Shown: positions 33,630 through 44,882 of the stretch, in pieces
Position numbering within the stretch: position 1 is the stretch's first letter
Layout: every line of letters starts with the position of its first letter
Assembly (NCBI GenBank): GCA_023334545.1
Contig: JAADVB010000011.1
Location: 62,001 to 126,000, forward strand
Source: Salisapilia sapeloensis CBS 127946
Taxonomy: Eukaryota > Protista > Oomycota
Direction: 5' to 3'
Length of the DNA stretch: 64,000 nucleotides
Made by a program: the position numbers and the translations under genes
The notes under the pieces: model-generated
Database searches by the model: none
What the model was told of the DNA's origin: nothing
What the model saw: the letters and a program-made list of their open reading frames with translations, nothing else

Positions 33630-36600
33630 TTAACGAGAAGAACCCTGAGATTTCGATACAAGAGAGTAAAAGATGGCAGGCACATTGTTGGGGTCTTTTG
33701 AACTTTCAGAAGGATCATCGGAGTATAGTGATTCTCCGTTTCGCACTTCGCCAACTTTTAAAATTGGTCCATCACGTTGCTGAGCAGATTTTACATTATT
33801 CTCTTGCTTCGCTTTATGATACTCCTTTAGCCTTTGTCCCAACTTTCCAGTCGTTCTTGCGAATTGTCTGTCTTGGGATTCTTCCTGTCTCTCCACGGAC
33901 TCATGATTAGTCTCCCCCTTTGAAACACCATTATTTCTTTCCATGCGCTGGAAAAACATTTCTAAAAGTTCAGCTTTCTCTTGTTCCACTAACGTTCGAC
34001 CACTTCCAGGACGGGCGTTTCCATACACTCGATCGTCTACATGAGCAGGCTTTTGAGGTATTTGATGCATCCTGCTCTTATTTTTTTGTTCAGTTTCCTG
34101 TTTAATAAGACCGCTTTCATTGCGTAGCCTTGCCTCTGCGCTCAACAGCAGACGAGTTGTACCGACCTCACCAGGCCCGACGAAAAACGGTGGACACTCT
34201 GGCGGGACGAGAACATCATTATTGTTGCCCAGCTCATTCGTATGCCGAATAATTTCAGGATCAAACTCCCACTTTGCACTATTTTCGGTTGCCTCCGTGT
34301 GACGTCGATGGCTCAAAGGATGCTTTAGACACTTTCGTTCATATGCGTTGATATTTACAAATGGCGATGTTTTTAGAGTGCTCCTTCGAATACTCTTACG
34401 ACTAACCTCTGCCCCGAGTTGGTTCATCGACCCATGCTCCATCTCAGTCTCGTCTAATTTCTGTGGTAACTTCATCTCCTTTGCTAGGTCTGGGAGTAAT
34501 ATGCGCGACGCTTCATTGATCTGCCTTAACAAATTTCCTGGCTTTGCTGATGCAGACATATTCATCGGTAAGTTCAAGGCTGCGACTCGAGTCCTGTCCA
34601 TTGCTGGGCTTCGCTGTGGTGCAAGAGTCTGTGATTCTACAGAAATCATGTCGACCGTTGCCTGAATTGCTTTCGTTTCTCGCAAAGACACCATAAGTTC
34701 ACGATACTCTACTTCTTTTCGTACGTGAGACAGCAAGTCCTCTTGTGTCATCTGCTGAAGGTCAAACTGCTTCCGTGCATAACGCAAAGTGAGCTCAAGC
34801 TCAAAGTTTTGTCGCATCTCAGCTTCTATCTGTTGTCGAGCAGTATTTAAATCTCGTTCTAGTGCAAGACAGCGATTACGAGCAGTTGCGACAGTGAAGT
34901 GCATGTTTTCATTGTCTGCATTAAGCATTCCGTTGTAGTCCTGCAACTGCTTCATCATTCTACTACTTTCATCATTTCGGTCTTCTAGCAATAGTATTTT
35001 GTCACGCTGTTCACATAAAAGACCTTCCAAGCCTTCTATGTGTTCTCTCTGAGCAACCATATCTTTGTCTAGCTGAATAACTTTCTTCTCCAGTTTTGTT
35101 TTCCTGAAGCGACTTAAGAAAGCGACCTCGGAGGAATTTCGTCGTCTTAAGGTACCCACTGCACGTCCATCGAGATCATTTTCATCATCAAGAGTAGTCG
35201 TTCCATCAGCATCTTTATCTTCTTCACACTTCAAATTTAAATTGCGCCGACTAACTAGCATTTCATTTGGACATTCTTCATCACTAAATGCGTTTGTAAG
35301 CTTGTTTGCTTGCAGCAACTTTCGTTGGCTACGTTGTCTATCTATTAAATCTTCAGACTGTTCACAATTTGCAATATCCTCCGTGTCCACCTCGTCTTCA
35401 TCGCCTTGAAGATCTTCTTCGACAACCTCTCGTCGATCTTCTTCATCGAGTAGTTCATTTACATCCAACACAGGGCTAAACGAATCTCCCATCATCTGCA
35501 AGAGTTCTCGAAGTGCTTCATCTAGTGGAAATTCGTCTTGCTTAACCAAAGCCAGCACTTGCTGCGTGGATTCGGCAAATTGGCGAATGGATGCTTGTGC
35601 GTATTCCTGCTGATCCTCAGCAAACTTCTTCTCACGCTGTGCAGACTGATAAGCGTCTTCCAAACGGTTCAACTCTAGATTTTTCTGCTCTATATTAGCC
35701 TGTAGCTTCGCTATCTTCGCTTGCTCAGCTCCAACCTGCTTCCGAAGCTGAGCTGCCAGCTCCGAATTACCAGCGCTTGCCGCACTCGCTTCACGAACCT
35801 GGGCCAATTTCGTACTAATCTGTACGCCAAGTTCCGCAACCTGCTCCTTTGTTGACTCATCTAATTCCTTATAGCGTTTCCGCATAGTCGACAGATTCTT
35901 AGTTGCTTTGCTGCAAGCTTTCTCTAGCTCTGCAACTTGATTATGCAGTTGCTCATTAACAACTTTGGCATTCGTGAATGCTTGCTGACTAGCCGCGAAA
36001 ACACGTTTAGAGTGTTGATACTCCGCATCAAGTGTTTCGAGGGACTGCTTTAAGGATTTAATTTGTTGTTGATCTTTCTCCCGTTGTGAGCGCATCGATT
36101 CCAACTGTGTCTCCAAATTCAACTTTTCTGCAATTAATCGTTCGATGCGCTGTTTAGCTTCGTCATCAGCATTTTGAAATGCCTTCTTCTCCGATTCCCA
36201 AAGCTCTCCTTTTTCTACTAGTGAGCGAGCGTACAAAGTTGATTCCTCCAATTGTTTCTGCAGATGGACAAGTGACAATGCTTGATGTGCATTTTTCTCT
36301 CTTTCAGCATTATTTTGGGCTTTCAGCAGGCGCATTTGGTCCTCCATTTGAGCTTGTTTTTCGTTCATTGTCTCTAGGACTCTTTCAATTTCTTTCTTCT
36401 CACTTACTGCTCGGTGATGTTGGTGCTGGAACTGTAGTATCTCGTCATTAATAACAGACTTTTCACTTTCCAACTTGGTCTTGTCCATCGTCAATTTGAC
36501 AGCATTCTGCTTTAAGCTCTCATTCGCTTTACGGAGTGCCTGGTTCGTGAACATAGCTTCGTGAACTCGTCGTTTTGAAATAGCTTTTTCCTTTGTTGCC

Positions 36601-37972
36601 TCACTAAGAGCATCTTCCAGATTCTGTACCTTTTGTTGCAAATCCTGCGATCTCGTCAAAGCACTTACTCTCTCAAAATTAGCTATTTCAGCGTGCTTTC
36701 TAGCTTCATCTACTGCATGATTTAATTTTCGGCCTTTATCTTCATGTGCCAACACTTCCAAGCCCAAAAGACGAATATCTTCATTCTGTCGCTCAATCTC
36801 GTGCTGCTGTTCCGTCAGCTTTGTATTCATGGCAATGGCATCTGCAGACAGAGAGGAAATCGTGGCAGTCTTCGATGCATTATCTGCTTTTACGTCTTTT
36901 AATTCATTCTCAGTATCATTTAGCCGTCCTTCCAGCATTTTCTTCAATGCTTCGAAGTCATTTCGATTTTGACGCAGCCACTCATTCGTCATCCTTTTTA
37001 TCTTTTGCAACGCTATCTCGTAATGCTTTCCGCCACAACTTTCCAATAAGAAAGCAAAAGCTGCCCATACATTCGTCGCTACGTGGTCTTGAGCTAATGG
37101 CGGGCATTGTGCAGCTACTTCCTTTAAAATTGTATGGAAGCCGCTCGTGTATACGTACAATGCACGATAAAGCCGATCGACTACAACTCGAGGTAGACCC
37201 AATTGATATAGGGATGCTCTATCGATACCTGCCTTGGATAATGGACTTGTTGAAGTATAGCTCGTACCTTGTGATCCATATATTTCCGTTTGCACCAGTG
37301 CGTCATCACTTAAGATACCCATCGCATTGTTCGTTTTCTCCAGCAGGGTCTGGATATCGGAAGCGGGAAGTAGATATGAAGTACTGTTCGCCAGATGCAT
37401 GTTTATCCATTCTTCAGCAATCAGTGAATCGCGGTGCGAGTTATCAAGAAACTCAAAATTCATTTCAATCGCACGAACCTCATTTCGATTTACTGTGCAA
37501 GTAGGACCTTCCATGGTACTTTTGATTCGATTCAAGTCAGTAGACTGTTCGTCTTTAGAGCTAGAGACAGCTTTGGATGATTGCTGCTTTCGATTACCAG
37601 CAATTGCGTATAAGGATTGGCGATTTATTCGAGTGATCTCACCTTCCGCAGGTGGAATTTGCGAAGTTAATCGAGCACTCATAGAAGGTAAGGAGTCGTA
37701 AGGATCTATACGGTATCAACATTAAATTAGGATGCAGTTCCTGCAGCATATGAATGTATTCTTCCAGTATACTGACCGATGTTGAGATCAGCTTCGATAG
37801 CTTTAATCAACGCCTGCTTTGCATCTTCCGCATAGCCCATTTCTTGGGTATCTTTGAGTGGCGAGTCTATCCTTGATCCGTTGTCCACGTTATCCGAAGT
37901 TTCAAGTGTAGGCACCACGACAGGATCTTCGATTGCTCCATCCACTTGAGAATGGCTATCCATTTCCTCCAT
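33630..37972 (-). CDS. Large uncharacterised coiled-coil protein (about 1,400 aa)
   Basis: 1350-aa ORF plus an upstream exon (MEEMDSH..LNI) joined in frame via a GT-AG intron (..NI D|PYDSLPSMSAR). Globular-looking N-terminal segment (LYQLGLPRVVVDRLYRALYVYTSGF) followed by about 800 aa of heptads. Confidence 0.8.
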
Positions 37973-38039
37973 TTCGACACAAAACCACCTCGAGTCGAAA
38001 GGCTCGACGAAATTATATATTTAGAACACGAAGCACTTA

Positions 38040-41000
38040 TCATTTAAACGCCAGAACGTGTTTGACGGAAGTTTTACTAGAATTTCGAGCTTCCGTTGTC
38101 CGATTGGCATGGCCTCTGCTTGGAACAGGTGATCGCATTAATTTACTTTTTCTTTCGCCTCTCAACCGAGTGGATACTTTCGTTGCCGTCATGGACGGCC
38201 TCGTAGCTTGGGTAACATTGGATACATGTGAACGTTGTGAAGCTGTCGCACTTTTCTGGCGAGCAGTCCTCCGAGTATGACTTGCTTCTTCCGAATCTGT
38301 CGTATTCGATGTATTATCATCGTTGTAATTGCCTGCTCTATTGACACGAGAGCTCAGTCGTGTCGTGGAAGGCGCAGTAAGCTTTTGACTAGACTTCATT
38401 GTACGATTTCCATTCACTTTTGCTTCGACGCTTACTCGTGGATTCGTGCGATGACGAGACGTAAGTGAATTACGACTAGACAAACCTAATTGTCTTGGAG
38501 AGCTTCGACTTCGTGGAGGGCTTTGCTTAGGACTTGATACGCCCGATTTCCTCTCATTGCGAATTGACTTTTTGGTTCTAACATCAATGCAACGATTCAC
38601 GTCGGCTAATAAAGACTGCACAGTGGGTTGTGAAGTACTCGTTTCCGCGTCAGTAACTGGTTTGACTGCCTTGTCGGCATTCCTTTTTTCCGTATTTGAT
38701 AACTTATCAACATCACAGTGTCTGTGGGTAGTGTAAGCTTCTCCTTTCCAATCACGACTACAGTCAGCATCCGATTCGAGCTGTTGCGTCAGCTGGAATA
38801 TGCGATGGTTCTTCTCTTGCACAATCCGCTGCAATTCGTTGCTCCGGACACACTCTTCTTTCCATTTGTCCGTCATCGCGATCTGTTCTCGACGTAATTC
38901 TTCCTTTTCAGACTCGTATGTAAGCTGTTGCTCCGCAATAGCGTCGCAAGTGTTTCGAACGTTGTTTTCATACTCCTGTAGCTGCTCAGTCAACTCATCT
39001 CGATCCGACTGTTCTTTCGAAAGCTCAGATTGCAGCTCTTCCACCTTTTGTTCCAGCTCTGCTACCGTCTCTCGAGCATTTGTCACCTCTTCTTTGCATC
39101 TTTCCGATGTTTCCTCCATCTCTTCACGAGCCGTTCTAGACTCATTACGTTCAACTTCAACTTCCTCGTCTAGTTCTTTAATATGCTCACTCAAGTCATC
39201 CACTTGCTCACATAGGACACGGTTTTCTTTCTCCCATTCCGTGTTTTCTTCCTTGACTTTGGCATACTTTTCTTCCAGCTCTGACATACTCATTTGCTTA
39301 ACATGTCGCTCTTCTTCTAGTTCCTGTTGCATCTGGTCCAAGGCTTCCTCAAGCGTCCCACATCGTTCTTCACTCTTCATCAGTTGTTGCTGGCACTCGC
39401 CCAATTGTGTCTTTAGGTCGTCAAGTTGATCTGTCAAGGTGCTGACGTCCTGCACAAGTGTTTGACACTCTTCACTGGTGTGTAAAAGGTCTCGTTCCAA
39501 ATGGCGTTTACTACCTGCCGCCGTACTCGCCTGCTCTTTTAAGCACAAATTCTGCCGTCGTAATCGCGACAGGTATTGAGTATGCATACCACGCCATCCT
39601 CGGGCAAGCAACGTTTTCTCCATCATCGTCGATAAAATTTTCCCATGACGCTTCGAACAGCGTCGCTGACGTGCGACTAGATGCCATGCTTGAAGTACTT
39701 GAGCACCACTTCTTCTTCCACAACGAATCCTCAAGTACTCTGCTAATCGACGCTGTTGTCGATGTGTTCGAGCAATCGCTGCCTTGTCTTTTAATGCATG
39801 AAAGCAGACTTGTAAGACACCAAACTTTTGTTGCCGTCGACATGCTTTGTGATGATTCGTATGTTGCTTCCATCTCCGCCACTGCTGTCGTATTAAGTGC
39901 ATGTAATAGTGCTTTAACGCTTTACTGCATCCCTGTACATGCTTTCTCTTGGCACTAGTATAAAAGGACCAGTAGAACCACAACTTTCGTAGTCGCCGAC
40001 GATGGACGTACCTCTCAGCTAAACATAAAGAGCGTCTAGATGCAATAACATCCTGAATACTCGTTCTCCATACACTAAAAGCTTTCTTTAGTTGACACTT
40101 GGACTGTACGAGTGCACTCGTGTGTTCACAATGCACAACCTGAACATACGTTTGCCATGCTTTCCAAAAACGACGTATTCGAAACGTTCGTTGAAAGCGT
40201 TTAATGTCCTTCTGACGTTTCCATCCTATGAACACTTGCCACATCCATCGATCTACTAGCTTTTTGCGAAACGCATTCACTTCCACACTCAACGGTCGAG
40301 CGTAGGCAAGGACATGCATCCTCCAACGACAAAAGACGAGATCGAGTAGACGACGCCCATACTCTGCTAATCTTTGCTTGTGAAAGAAGGATAATTGTCT
40401 CGACACATGCGTATGCTGTATCCACGCGCGAAAGCATCGATCGCGCATACGTGTAGGCCCGACCACTTGCCGCCATTCGATCTGGTCGTGGATACGATGG
40501 CGATCGTCCTTGTACTGCTTCCAAGCTAACAAAACTCGTTGAACGCATTCAGTCCGTCGGATCGATTGCGCGTGGAGTGCTATAATGGTAATGCGAGCCA
40601 TGTTTGTCCACTCGGTAAAATGAGCCGTGATCACTTTTCTCAAGTGGCGAGCATGTAGGCGCCGCAACTGATCTTGTACCCACACTTTCCGTCGCCATCG
40701 CCAGAAAATATCATACTGAAGTACAAAATGTCGTTTTCGATGAATGTGATGCACTTGCCGACACCAAAGTGCATATCGAATCCATCGAATAAAAAACTTG
40801 CGTTGGATGATGGGTCCAGACATCTCGTGTATGCGTCGTTCAAACTCTTCTTTTGCTTCATCGTCGTGCGTGTTTTCCAGCGATAGCATCCGATCACGTC
40901 TCTCTAATTTCCTCGTTAATAAATTAATTTGATTCCGCAAGTCTAATTCTCGTTGTTCAGATGCGATGAGAGCACTCAAATATTTTTCTTCTCTTTCTTC

Positions 41001-43034
41001 CCTCAAATTATCACTGCCATCTCTTTGTCCGTCTTCATAACGGTGTAGAGGTACAGCCATGTCCTCTGGGGAATCAGGGGACTCCGAAGCATCCAACTGA
41101 GATGACTTTGCAGTGGTCTCGTAAACGTTATCATGAGCATTACGATCATCTGCTTCATTTTTACCGTGCTTTCTCATCAATAGCATTGCATGATCCTCTT
41201 GCTTCTGGTGTTGCGAGAGATAGCTGTTGCTAGTACCGGTTTTACTTTGTATATGCGCATTTCTCTCTCGTTCTAATATCGCCTGAAAAGAATTTTTTGC
41301 TCGTTTTTCAGCTAGCAATTTGGACATGGAGTTTTGCTTTGGTAGACTAAGACCATCATCATGAGCTACCTTGTCCTTAGTTGTACTCTGTATATTACAC
41401 GATGCCTGTTCTTTTGGTTTAATGTCTAACTCTTTCGAAGATAATTTGCCAGGACTTTTTGGTGCTGGTGTCACAGATAGCTCTCGCTGCGGATCTTTTG
41501 ATCGTTGCATCCCATATGAACGCACCCTACCTGTTGTCGTCTTCACTTTACTACTTGGCGTATGTGCTTTCGGTGGTATGTGCGTAAACAATTCATTGCC
41601 ATGACTTTCCAACGTCCGCATCGGGTCAAAGTTCAGTGTCTCTAATATGTCCATCATCTCTGCTTGATCCAAGTCATTCCACTCTTCTTTCTCCACATCC
41701 TCATGCGTCTCTCTTTCATGACAAGTACTGCCGACGGGAGATGTAGGCCTACTGACTTCCTTTTTACGTACCGCTTGCTCTGTTTCAGGATCTGTTTGTT
41801 CCGGTGGAAGACTAGCGTTCTGTACTTGAGCAAAACCTGATGAAGCGCGTAAAGCTGATGCATTGGGATGGAAGTCTAGCTTCCAACACTCTTTCGCCAT
41901 GGCTTCTAATAGCGGTTTTCGTTCTGGATATCGCCCGCAACGTTTACCTGGAATAAACCCGACTAAACGTCTTCGTTCGACTAACTCCATCGTCAACACT
42001 TTCCTCAACGCATGCACACCGTCCTTTAGATGTTTATCACACTCTCCTCGTAGCGATACAATCGTCTGTTGTTGTAGAGCAATGACATTTGCATACGCTT
42101 CCTCCCACGCATTCCATTCTTCCTTTACATCATGTGGTACATCACGACGTTGCATGCTTTTCGTATTCGCTGCTCCACCCATTTTTAAAAGTAGCTCTTT
42201 GGCACGTTCTCGAGGTTGATGCTTCATCTTCGCGCGTGTCCGGACGACAATTGCTGCCATCTGAAGCTTTAATTCCTCCAAAGAAGACAAGGATAGATTC
42301 GAGCCAAGTTGCCACACTTGTAGTACTTTTGATACGTTTATCGCCATGACATCCGGTGTCGGGACCTTGTCGAACTGGCCAGGAAAGAAACCAGCTAAGA
42401 CTAACGTGTTAAACTCACGGTGGAGCTTGAGCAAAGAGCCTATTCGACGCAAAGCCATAATCGTCAAGTGGTTAGCCACTAGCATATCTCTCCTCGCTCG
42501 ATCTTGTGACGCAATGGAGGCACTGAGTGCTTTGTCATTCGCACGAATATCCTTGTTATCTAGTACCTGCAAGCTGGGGATAAGATCGATGAGTCGAAAA
42601 CGATAATTGGGTTGATTCGAGACCGGGTTTCCTGTCAGATTTAAATGTCGAAGACGTGGTAACTGAGATAGATACGCGAGTGCATCGAAACTCGCGATTC
42701 GGTTATTTCCGAGTGAAAGGAGACGTAAATGGGGAAACTGATGAATTCCTTCAAGGCTTTCAAACTCATTCTGACTTAAATACAGTGCCTGAACTGCAGA
42801 TGCGACGGATTGCGGGACGGGTCCGAGTACTTTTAACTTCTTTCCAACAGCGTTTAGTTTGGAGCCATCTGCCCAACGAGCTTTCTTGCTTTCAAGTGCT
42901 TCTGAAAGACTTTCTGGTGGCAATGACGCAGTCGTACGATTGCTAGTCGCTTTTTTCTCTTGTGCTTTTAAAGGTGCAGATGGTCGACTATACGATCCTT
43001 TCCAACGTGATCCCTTTGCACCATTTGGACGCAT
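38040..43034 (-). CDS. LRR (SDS22/DNAAF1-like) + Sfi1-like repeat + coiled-coil protein; probable centriole/basal body protein
   Basis: 1664-aa ORF. LRR LQALYLSQNEF..LSLGNNRI..LNLTGNPVS with LRRcap YRFRLIDLIPSLQVLD. About 14 periodic F/L-x-x-W motifs, acidic coiled coil, and an S/R-rich tail. Confidence 0.82.
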   Translation of the reverse strand: MRPNGAKGSRWKGSYSRPSAPLKAQEKKATSNRTTASLPPESLSEALESKKARWADGSKLNAVGKKLKVLGPVPQSVASAVQALYLSQNEFESLEGIHQFPHLRLLSLGNNRIASFDALAYLSQLPRLRHLNLTGNPVSNQPNYRFRLIDLIPSLQVLDNKDIRANDKALSASIASQDRARRDMLVANHLTIMALRRIGSLLKLHREFNTLVLAGFFPGQFDKVPTPDVMAINVSKVLQVWQLGSNLSLSSLEELKLQMAAIVVRTRAKMKHQPRERAKELLLKMGGAANTKSMQRRDVPHDVKEEWNAWEEAYANVIALQQQTIVSLRGECDKHLKDGVHALRKVLTMELVERRRLVGFIPGKRCGRYPERKPLLEAMAKECWKLDFHPNASALRASSGFAQVQNASLPPEQTDPETEQAVRKKEVSRPTSPVGSTCHERETHEDVEKEEWNDLDQAEMMDILETLNFDPMRTLESHGNELFTHIPPKAHTPSSKVKTTTGRVRSYGMQRSKDPQRELSVTPAPKSPGKLSSKELDIKPKEQASCNIQSTTKDKVAHDDGLSLPKQNSMSKLLAEKRAKNSFQAILERERNAHIQSKTGTSNSYLSQHQKQEDHAMLLMRKHGKNEADDRNAHDNVYETTAKSSQLDASESPDSPEDMAVPLHRYEDGQRDGSDNLREEREEKYLSALIASEQRELDLRNQINLLTRKLERRDRMLSLENTHDDEAKEEFERRIHEMSGPIIQRKFFIRWIRYALWCRQVHHIHRKRHFVLQYDIFWRWRRKVWVQDQLRRLHARHLRKVITAHFTEWTNMARITIIALHAQSIRRTECVQRVLLAWKQYKDDRHRIHDQIEWRQVVGPTRMRDRCFRAWIQHTHVSRQLSFFHKQRLAEYGRRLLDLVFCRWRMHVLAYARPLSVEVNAFRKKLVDRWMWQVFIGWKRQKDIKRFQRTFRIRRFWKAWQTYVQVVHCEHTSALVQSKCQLKKAFSVWRTSIQDVIASRRSLCLAERYVHRRRLRKLWFYWSFYTSAKRKHVQGCSKALKHYYMHLIRQQWRRWKQHTNHHKACRRQQKFGVLQVCFHALKDKAAIARTHRQQRRLAEYLRIRCGRRSGAQVLQAWHLVARQRRCSKRHGKILSTMMEKTLLARGWRGMHTQYLSRLRRQNLCLKEQASTAAGSKRHLERDLLHTSEECQTLVQDVSTLTDQLDDLKTQLGECQQQLMKSEERCGTLEEALDQMQQELEEERHVKQMSMSELEEKYAKVKEENTEWEKENRVLCEQVDDLSEHIKELDEEVEVERNESRTAREEMEETSERCKEEVTNARETVAELEQKVEELQSELSKEQSDRDELTEQLQEYENNVRNTCDAIAEQQLTYESEKEELRREQIAMTDKWKEECVRSNELQRIVQEKNHRIFQLTQQLESDADCSRDWKGEAYTTHRHCDVDKLSNTEKRNADKAVKPVTDAETSTSQPTVQSLLADVNRCIDVRTKKSIRNERKSGVSSPKQSPPRSRSSPRQLGLSSRNSLTSRHRTNPRVSVEAKVNGNRTMKSSQKLTAPSTTRLSSRVNRAGNYNDDNTSNTTDSEEASHTRRTARQKSATASQRSHVSNVTQATRPSMTATKVSTRLRGERKSKLMRSPVPSRGHANRTTEARNSSKTSVKHVLAFK

Positions 43035-43392
43035 ACTATCAAACTAGAGACCACGATTGGCAAGACTGCCGTGGTATAGCCTTCACGACGAAATGATAGT
43101 GCGTTCTGTTGGAATGACTCGTTTGGCTAAACCAAGCGTCCTTCCAAGTACTTGTCATGCAGCGTGAAACGCCTCGCATAAAGTAACAACTTGGTACAAT
43201 CTCATACTAGCGAATCATTCGTCCCACCTCATTCTAAAGTATCAATACTAGTTATGACACTCATGTACTCCCTGTGGTAGTCCAATCCAAATCTCCTTGT
43301 TGTCAAATGGTACAGTGTACCGCATCCGTACCGCATAATTCGCGCCTTTTTCCATCTCATTTCGAAACGTAGTACGAAAGGCACGAGACGTT

Positions 43393-44500
43393 ATGGACAG
43401 GTACGAGCGGATTGAAAAAGGAGCGTCACTTGGCGAAGGCACGTATGGCGTCGTCTACAAGTGCCACGATCGAAAGACGAAAGAGATGGTGGCTTTGAAG
43501 CGCATTCGACTCGAAACAGAGGACGATGGCGTGCCATCCACTGCACTTCGAGAGATTGCTGTACTTCGTGAACTTGAACATCCGAACATTGTCCAGTAAG
43601 ATACAGTATCATTGTAGTACATGACTATTTACTCATGCAATTGTTATAGGTTGAAAGACTGCATTCAGGAAGATAATAAGCTCTATCTGGTATTTGAAAT
43701 TATGGAAAGAGACTTGAAAAAGTACATGGAGCGACACATTGGACAGCTTGATATGCCGACTGCAAAGGTATATAAGATTCATACGTCCACACAAATACGC
43801 TCCTTGCTTAATGAGACATTACCAGATCTTTTTGTATCAATTAATTAAAGGCGTGGCCTTTGCTCATGCTCGTGGTGTCATGCACCGGGATTTGAAGCCT
43901 CAAAACCTGCTCGTGAACGCTCAGAAGCAACTGAAGATTGCCGACTTTGGCCTCGCGAGGAATTATAGCTTACCTGCCGATGCATACACACACGAAGTAG
44001 TGACGCTATGGTACCGTGCACCGGAAGTGCTACTTGGACAAGAAGTGTACACACCAGCCATGGACATTTGGTCCATCGGTGTCATCTTTGCAGAGATGCT
44101 GACGAAAAAAGCATTATTCCCAGGCGACTCGGAGATCGATCAACTCTATCGCATCTTTCGGTAAACTTTACTAGAGAAAGGATGATAGTGCTTTTATCAA
44201 CGGACTCGATAGGATGCTTGGTACACCTGAGGATGAAGTCTGGCCTGGCGTGACGAATCTAAAGGACTATGCAACGACGTTTCCCAAGTGGCGCAAACGT
44301 GACTTCTTTACTGCCTTCCCTCGTCTCGACCCGACTGGAATTGAACTGCTCGAGGTACTCACATTACGATGTATAAGTTGTTGTGTGAACTTATGGTTGA
44401 CGTATAGGGCATGCTTCGGTACAATCCAGCAGAGAGAATTACTGCGAAGGAAGCTCTACGACATCCATTCTTTGAAGACTTGGATTCCGACTTTCTCTAA
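43393..44500 (+). CDS. Cyclin-dependent kinase, PSTALRE type (CDK1/CDKA-related), 5 exons
   Basis: [83 protein letters not shown]. Spliced last exon ends [19 protein letters not shown] (44498-44500). Confidence 0.95.
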
Positions 44501-44882
44501 GCTACTTTGAATCACGCTTTATTTCTGTCTTTGCTCTTGTATGTTGCTTTCAATGCCATCGAACTGGATTATATAGTACTTATATACTCAATTGCCTCTT
44601 TCTTACTTTCTTCATGTAGACGAATAGAAGATAAGGCAATGAGCCGATCGAGATCGTAGGTGACGTAAGATGGTTAGTTTAAACACCTATATAGCTATTC
44701 GACTGTAAATCCATGTATTGACCATAAAAGGATTTGTATCGGCGAGGTAGGCATACATGAAGTCGCTATAAAGTAGCTCCTACTCTGTCTCATTTTCTTC
44801 GAGAAGGCGTAATCAACAAATATTCTAGAATCGGACCTGATTCCATGAAGAAAAGAAAACACAAAAAAACTTTAGGAGAGCG

